From Nemertoderma westbladi (taxonomy: Eukaryota; Animalia; Xenacoelomorpha): a stretch of DNA of 39,182 nt. Below, one piece after another: positions 33,040 to 39,182 of this stretch. The notes under the pieces are model-generated. The model saw only the letters and a list, made by a program, of their open reading frames with translations, was not told where the DNA came from and searched no databases. How positions within the stretch are numbered: position 1 is the first letter of the stretch; every line of letters starts with the position of its first letter. The translations under genes were made by a program, and so were the position numbers. Location: contig JAUCBJ010008269.1 in NCBI GenBank assembly GCA_032718475.1, positions 1 to 39,182 of the forward strand, in the 5' to 3' direction.

Positions 33040-36000
33040 ATGGTATATTTTGACAATATACTCTATATCCTATTAATGGGACTAGTCCAAAATTGCCTAT
33101 GCCAATCCGCGTTTATTCGATTTCACATTCTTGAAGAAAAGCCAGCTCGAACTCTTGTCGGCCATTTAAGAGACCAACTTAATGAAAATGAGAGAGAAGG
33201 TGTTCGATTTCGGGAGTTTGTTTTCAATGAGGAAGTTAAAAGCGATTTATTTGAAATAGGTTATAAAAACGGGGATATTATCACCAAGAGAGTGTTGGAC
33301 AGAGAGAAGATATGTCGTAACGATAATGGGAAGAGAAACTCGAAGCCTTGTTTACAAACTTTTATGGTGAAACTTGAACACAGTAGCGGGAAACTGGATG
33401 ACATCCGATCAGTTGAGATTGAGATAGTTGATATAAACGACAATAAACCAACATTTTCTTCACCGTTTCAGAATGCGACCATATTCGAAAATACCATGTC
33501 TAATATAATTTTTGACCCTGCAGAAGACATCGACACGGGATTTAACACAGTCACTCAATATTTGCTGACGGGCCCATATGCCAATCAATTCGTTGTAAAG
33601 AAGCAGAAAAATGGATTTCTGGAGCCGAGAATCGTTCCTCGCCAACGGCTGGATAGAGAATTTCGTTCCACTTACAATTTGAAGCTAATAGCTACGGATT
33701 TTGGGGAGCCAAGACTGCAAGGTGAAATGAGAATCCAAATACAAGTTCTTGATTTGAATGATAATTCCGCTGTGTTCGAATTCTCCAGTTACATTTGTAA
33801 CGTCACTGAAAATAACGCAATAGAACCAATACTAATCAGGGTGAAGGCTACAGATACAGATGATGGCGACAATGGTCGTGTTGAATATTCATTTAGTCAG
33901 AAAATGGATAAAGATACTGCAAGTAAATTTCATATAGATAAGTATGATGGTATAATTACTGCGACGAAAGTGTTGGATTTTGAGGAAATTCGGGAGTACA
34001 AGTTAGACGTCGTAGCTAAGGACCAAGGTAAATATTCCATTCCCGGGTCGGCCATTGTCAAGGTGAACGTCTTGGATGTAAATGATAACAAACCGGAAGT
34101 GGAATTTATTGCCCGCACTAGAATCAAAGAGACCAGTAACAACGTGACCACTCTTTTAGTTTCGGAGGATGTCAAAGTAGGCACGGTGGTAGGTATAATA
34201 ACTGTAAGCGATAATGATGGCGATGGTAATTCTGTACTTACACTTAATGTGTTGGAAAGCGGTAGTGATGGATTATCTGAGAGCAAGTTCTTTGGATTAA
34301 AACATTTGAGTGTTGGAACACATATGTTATATGTCATGAATGCTGTTGACCGAGAAAGTTCTCGCGCACATAATTTGACTATCACAGCTGAAGATAATGG
34401 TGTACCTTCCTTGAAATCAACAAAAAATATTTCTATTGAATTAATCGATATCAATGACACTCCTCCAAAATTCAGTGAAGATATTTATACCGTTGAAATT
34501 CGTGAAAACCAACCGGACACAGACATAACTGTAGTAACAGCTCACGATCCTGATCTCGGTGGTAGAAGTGTGATCTACTACTCTCTTTTGGATGACAATC
34601 AAGGTCTGTTCAAGATTAATCGTACTACAGGGGTTATTTCGATAACACAAAGCCAAGGTCTCGATAGGGAAAGGTTTCTATCCACCAATGGTATTATAAC
34701 ATTGACTGTGTTCGCCGAAGACATTGGTGATCAACCCAGCAAGTCCAATGCAACTCTCAAAATTATCATTGTTGATGAAAATGATAATTCTCCGCAGTTT
34801 CAGGGTAAATCTAGCGGAGTGCACACATTCTACGTTGCAGAAAACGAACCACTCGATACATATGTTGGAAGTCTGAATGCTCATGATATAGATGATACTA
34901 AACATAGTAGTCTTTATTACAAACTATATGAAAGTCCAGATTCTCAATTCTTCACAATTAACACTTCAACTGGCGAAATTTCCACTAACGCAATCTTTGA
35001 TAGAGAAAGGAAAAAATCCTACAAATTTTCGGTCCATGTCTGGGATGAAGGAACTTTCGGAAGAGGTAATAAAGCTGCTACTGAAGTTCACATTATCATT
35101 ACGGATGTAAATGATAACAAACCACTTATAACGTATCCAAAGAATAACACTGTAAAAAACGTTTCAAAGGACGCAGTACAGGGAACTCTAATAGTCAAAA
35201 TACTTTGTAATGATTCAGATATTCGTGAAAATAGTCAAATTGACTATTCCATTGAAAGCGGAGTAGAGCGTGGGAATTATCAGGGATTTTTCAATGTGAG
35301 TCCACTTGGTCAGTTGTATGTGCTTAAAACGCCTTATTATATGGTTGATCCTATACCACTTACGATAAAAGCCCAAGATCGTGGGACACCCAAACTCCAA
35401 GATGTTGTCGACATTATCATTATTATAACTATGCATCATGATAAGGACCCGGTAACCATTCTTTCTGAATTTAATACACCTGAGGTAACGGCTGTGGAGC
35501 CTAAAAACGAGAAAACGTCTAGTAAGTATAAGATTGTGTTAGCCGTGGCTATACTAGGAACTGTCGTTTGTTTAGTTATAGTGATTCTCATCGTAGTGAT
35601 TTTATACTTTCGGTATTATGACCGCAGACGGAGATACAAGCCAAGGGAACCCAAATCATCGCGGCGTAGGTCACCCCCAAATGACGCCCAGGTGGTTTAT
35701 AACAGAGGATTTTGTCTATCATGTCACAAACAACCACGACGGCATTGCATCAACGACACCTCGATAAATCGGTTGAGTTTCAACGGTGAGGAAAATCACA
35801 ACGACCTCGGCAATGAGAGGCCGGCATCCCCATCATACACTGATAAATCCTCTCACGATTACAGCACAATCCTTCCATCACAGATAAAAATACAGATTCA
35901 GAAATCGCAGCGTTCATTTCCCCATCAGACGCACCACCCGCTGCTTTCCGACGAGGAATTGATGCAGAACTTCCGCCGGGATCAACCAGATGGGGAGGAC

Positions 36001-36732
36001 TTGGGCGAGGGAGGCGCGCAGCGGATGGGTGAGGAGGTGGCATTACCATACCGGTGGCCATTGGGCCACAGCAGTAGAGCTGGAATGAGATACCAGGATG
36101 ACGACACTGATTATGATGATGGACCATCGGATTGCAAACGGAAACACCTTGTGGTGACCGTTTCGGCAGGTGGGATGCAACTACCTAATACTGCCATTAT
36201 GGGTGGCTCACCACCAGCGTCACTGCTTCATTCTGGGTCCACCTTCGTGGGCAATCCACCCCGCCGCACCGCCAGTTCCCGCTCCATTGCCTCCAAGGGT
36301 CGCTGTCGCAAGTCGCAAGAGAATCTTGCGTCGACTAGTCCACGACGCACTATAGCTGGGATAAAACGACCCCACCTCTCCGATGCCAATGATGTCTGGG
36401 GCCTCCCAGCGAATAACTCATTCCTCCCCCTTGGGACTACTCCCCCGTCGGCAGATCGCACAGTCTCCGCTGCTAAAAAAACTCAATCGGTCACCAACCT
36501 CAACCGCCACAGTCACATATATGATGACACAACTACACCAACACCGAAACCGCACCACCCAGTAGAATTATCCAACGTACCAATGGGGGAGCATACTTGG
36601 TTGCGACAATGCGCTGTGCCATTCACGGAATTACCATCAGGTGGTGTACGTAACCGTAGTCAAACTGATGAGTACTCTGGATCGCTGCAAAGGGGCCACA
36701 AACGCGGAAAGTCGTTTTCTGAGCGTCTCTAG
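33040..36732 (+). CDS. protocadherin (7 extracellular cadherin repeats, delta-like), single coding exon, 1230 aa
   Basis: Signal peptide after ATG 33040. EC1 has LDREKIC...C. Six DxNDN/T linkers (DINDN, DLNDN, DVNDN, DINDT, DENDN, DVNDN) plus a seventh repeat ending AQDRGTP. TM IVLAVAILGTVVCLVIVILIVVILYF, then a ~370-aa low-complexity tail. Confidence 0.95.
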   Translation: MVYFDNILYILLMGLVQNCLCQSAFIRFHILEEKPARTLVGHLRDQLNENEREGVRFREFVFNEEVKSDLFEIGYKNGDIITKRVLDREKICRNDNGKRNSKPCLQTFMVKLEHSSGKLDDIRSVEIEIVDINDNKPTFSSPFQNATIFENTMSNIIFDPAEDIDTGFNTVTQYLLTGPYANQFVVKKQKNGFLEPRIVPRQRLDREFRSTYNLKLIATDFGEPRLQGEMRIQIQVLDLNDNSAVFEFSSYICNVTENNAIEPILIRVKATDTDDGDNGRVEYSFSQKMDKDTASKFHIDKYDGIITATKVLDFEEIREYKLDVVAKDQGKYSIPGSAIVKVNVLDVNDNKPEVEFIARTRIKETSNNVTTLLVSEDVKVGTVVGIITVSDNDGDGNSVLTLNVLESGSDGLSESKFFGLKHLSVGTHMLYVMNAVDRESSRAHNLTITAEDNGVPSLKSTKNISIELIDINDTPPKFSEDIYTVEIRENQPDTDITVVTAHDPDLGGRSVIYYSLLDDNQGLFKINRTTGVISITQSQGLDRERFLSTNGIITLTVFAEDIGDQPSKSNATLKIIIVDENDNSPQFQGKSSGVHTFYVAENEPLDTYVGSLNAHDIDDTKHSSLYYKLYESPDSQFFTINTSTGEISTNAIFDRERKKSYKFSVHVWDEGTFGRGNKAATEVHIIITDVNDNKPLITYPKNNTVKNVSKDAVQGTLIVKILCNDSDIRENSQIDYSIESGVERGNYQGFFNVSPLGQLYVLKTPYYMVDPIPLTIKAQDRGTPKLQDVVDIIIIITMHHDKDPVTILSEFNTPEVTAVEPKNEKTSSKYKIVLAVAILGTVVCLVIVILIVVILYFRYYDRRRRYKPREPKSSRRRSPPNDAQVVYNRGFCLSCHKQPRRHCINDTSINRLSFNGEENHNDLGNERPASPSYTDKSSHDYSTILPSQIKIQIQKSQRSFPHQTHHPLLSDEELMQNFRRDQPDGEDLGEGGAQRMGEEVALPYRWPLGHSSRAGMRYQDDDTDYDDGPSDCKRKHLVVTVSAGGMQLPNTAIMGGSPPASLLHSGSTFVGNPPRRTASSRSIASKGRCRKSQENLASTSPRRTIAGIKRPHLSDANDVWGLPANNSFLPLGTTPPSADRTVSAAKKTQSVTNLNRHSHIYDDTTTPTPKPHHPVELSNVPMGEHTWLRQCAVPFTELPSGGVRNRSQTDEYSGSLQRGHKRGKSFSERL

Positions 36733-38474
36733 AGAGATTCACCAACTCGCAGATCAACTTAGGTGTCAACTTAAATTGGGTCTACATTTTCGACCTCCAA
36801 TTTGTGCTGTTTTATCATTCGGTTGTATTGGCGCAACGATTGATGCAGTGTGTAATATTTGCTGTGTGCTTGAAGAGTTAAACTATAATAGAAATTGAAT
36901 TTAGCACTAATTATGTTAAAAATTTTGGTTATTTTTTTTAGGCGTATGTATTTTGTATTCTTCTTATAACTCGAAAGTATATTCTACGACTAAAAATATA
37001 TCGGAAAAGTTTCCGCGCTGCATGGTTTCGGAAAGACTTTTCTAACATCCCATACAGTACAACTACGAAGACACAACAGGCCTAAATTGACCGCAAGTCA
37101 AAAAGTGATCTGCAGCGCAAATCCACCGCAAGTAAAATATAGTATCGTTTATTGGTTTGGTTTGAAAAAAACGTAAAAAAACCGCCACTATAACCTGCTC
37201 CTTTCCCTTACTGCTGTCAATCAAATTAAAATGTTTGTATAAACCCCCTAAACACATTTGGTCTTTGCGGTCATTATGCGTCATTGACTCAAGTTTTAAA
37301 ATATTGAAGACGAAACATTTTAGATGGACAGAATCCATAAACCTAACCTCTTTGATGACCAATATGTTGCGTCACACTTTACTACCTCAGAATCGTATTG
37401 TGTAACTATATATTACATCATCATGTTAGTAACTACTTTATTTTATGTCGGCATACCGGTTAATCGTTTCCAATGAATTGGTTAACCGTTATTTATCAAT
37501 CCATTTATTTGTCGTGTCCCATATAATTATTGTATATTATTTCTTACAAATATTAATGTATTTCACAGCTTGTAGTCGCATATTTTATTACATGAACGGT
37601 ATTGGCATCTCTTTTGAGTGTTTGTTTATGTCCTGAATGTCGTAATTTTATTTATAAATTGAAATTTTAAACATTAACATACCACGAATAATGCGGATTC
37701 ATTAAAGTTTATACTGTAGTAGGAAACGTTCTTACCAAAATTTCAACATTACTTAACGTTGTTGTTATTATTAACAGTTAGTTAGTTTTTAACAAACTAT
37801 AAGTCAAGAGGTCAACATATCACATTACAGCAGTACAATTAGTGGCGTAATGGAGAGAAGTAATGTAGACTTTACGACTTTAGAAGCAAAACTTTATAAG
37901 AAACCAAATCTAAAACTTGAAACTGATCTACGGTTATCACGCAAACCTCGGAAAAAATAATCTAAAGAAAACGTTAACGAAATAATTTTCGCCTCAGTAA
38001 CATTGTTTCCCAGAAGTAATGTGGTTGTTAAAATCAAGGCCATTCATTATTCGCTTCCTTCCATCCCAAAACCTAATTTAACAATTTAATATGGATAAAG
38101 TTTGGGATGTAAGGATTGTAGATCATTTATAGGGGTCAATAGAGAGGGTCATGGTTGGAGGGGTAGGGGCTTGACGCGATTTCAATCTCGGTGGATTAAC
38201 AATGCTAATTATAAATTAAGGGAAGGGAACAGGTTACAGTCACATATCATTCTAACCAAAACAATACGTTTTATTTTTTATTGTAGTCAGGTTTATATGC
38301 GTCGATCTTCCCTGGAGAGGGCGACAGTTTGATTGCGTTGAAAGTCTCCCCCCACCCCTCCCTATCTGCTACTTTATATTGTCTTTTTATATATATATAT
38401 AATATTGTCAAAATATAGGGTTGAATAAGAAGTAATATTATTAATTATAGTTTAATTTAATTATTAATTAATAA

Positions 38475-38710
38475 TTAGTACATCATAATCGAATTCTGCT
38501 CTGAGAAATATTTTATATATATATTTATAGTCATCAAACATGCTCACAATCAACACGATTTAATTCATCAAACAAAAAAAGTGAGAACTTAACAAAGTTA
38601 TTACTTTTCTTGTTTGATGAATTAAATCGTGTTGATTGTGAGCATGTTTGATGACTATAAATATTTATATAAAATATTTCTCAGAGCAGAATTCGATTAT
38701 GATGTACTAA
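38475..38710. repeat. near-perfect palindrome (~105-bp arms)
   Basis: TTAGTACATCATAATCGAATTCTGCTCTGAGAAATATTTTATAT...AATTCATCAAACAA is mirrored by TTGTTTGATGAATT...TCTCAGAGCAGAATTCGATTATGATGTACTAA. Confidence 0.92.
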
Positions 38711-39182
38711 ATAAATGACTTTTATCTCAAGTTGACGGATTGTGTATACATTTTTTAGCTGTAGGCCTACACGACGGTAAGGGTAAGATGTTATTTGGTA
38801 CAATTTCGTATTTATATGTATGTGATTGAAAATGACGTTATAATTTTGCTGTTTGCTACTACATAGATGTTGTCTGATTATTTTATATTATTGTTAACTT
38901 CTCTCGATTTGTTACTGATAATTAATAAATTATTATTTTTTACACTCATTTTCTTGTCAATTTCACTTTTTTTGTCAAGTTCAGATTTATCCATTTAAGT
39001 TCAATCCAATTCAGCACCGGATTCACATTGGAGTTCGGCGATTTATTCGAGTTAAACTTCTGTACACCTTGAAAATTACACAATTTATATTAAAGAAAAA
39101 CCACCACAGTAACTACTGTTATAATACTGTAGCATACCGGTGGTATTGGAAGAAAACCTACGTGGAATTCGAAATCAAGGCT

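Noticed and set aside
33261-36565. Antisense and alternate-frame ORFs inside the protocadherin (likewise inside MFSD11 and the LINEs)
   Set aside because: Shadow ORFs with no recognisable motifs.

Overview
AT-rich genomic DNA from an animal, most likely a bilaterian invertebrate; I cannot name the species from sequence. It has spliceosomal introns, so prokaryotic features are not expected. Genes: (1) the last five coding exons of an NMDA receptor GluN1 gene (+, 6684-11518), which I spliced by hand in consistent phases and which ends in a PDZ-type motif, NTEV; (2) an intronless MFSD11/UNC93-like transporter (-, 3157-4500), apparently nested antisense in a GluN1 intron; (3) an intronless, N-terminally extended ATP synthase subunit e (-, 17742-18080); (4) a protocadherin with 7 cadherin repeats whose whole CDS is one exon (+, 33040-36732). 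The rest is dense in mobile DNA: two RTE-like LINE families with (TAG)n tails and clean target-site duplications (one nested in-frame inside the other), another LINE remnant, tRNA-derived SINE heads, MITE/foldback palindromes and several minisatellites. Most notable observations: a minimal type I hammerhead ribozyme inside a Penelope-like inverted repeat; a 51-nt in-frame, locally templated inverted insertion in the MFSD11 CDS; a microhomology-guided LINE-in-LINE insertion that creates a chimeric reading frame; and strong over-representation of the palindrome TAGGCCTA. I do not see evidence for a wholly new multi-gene system.
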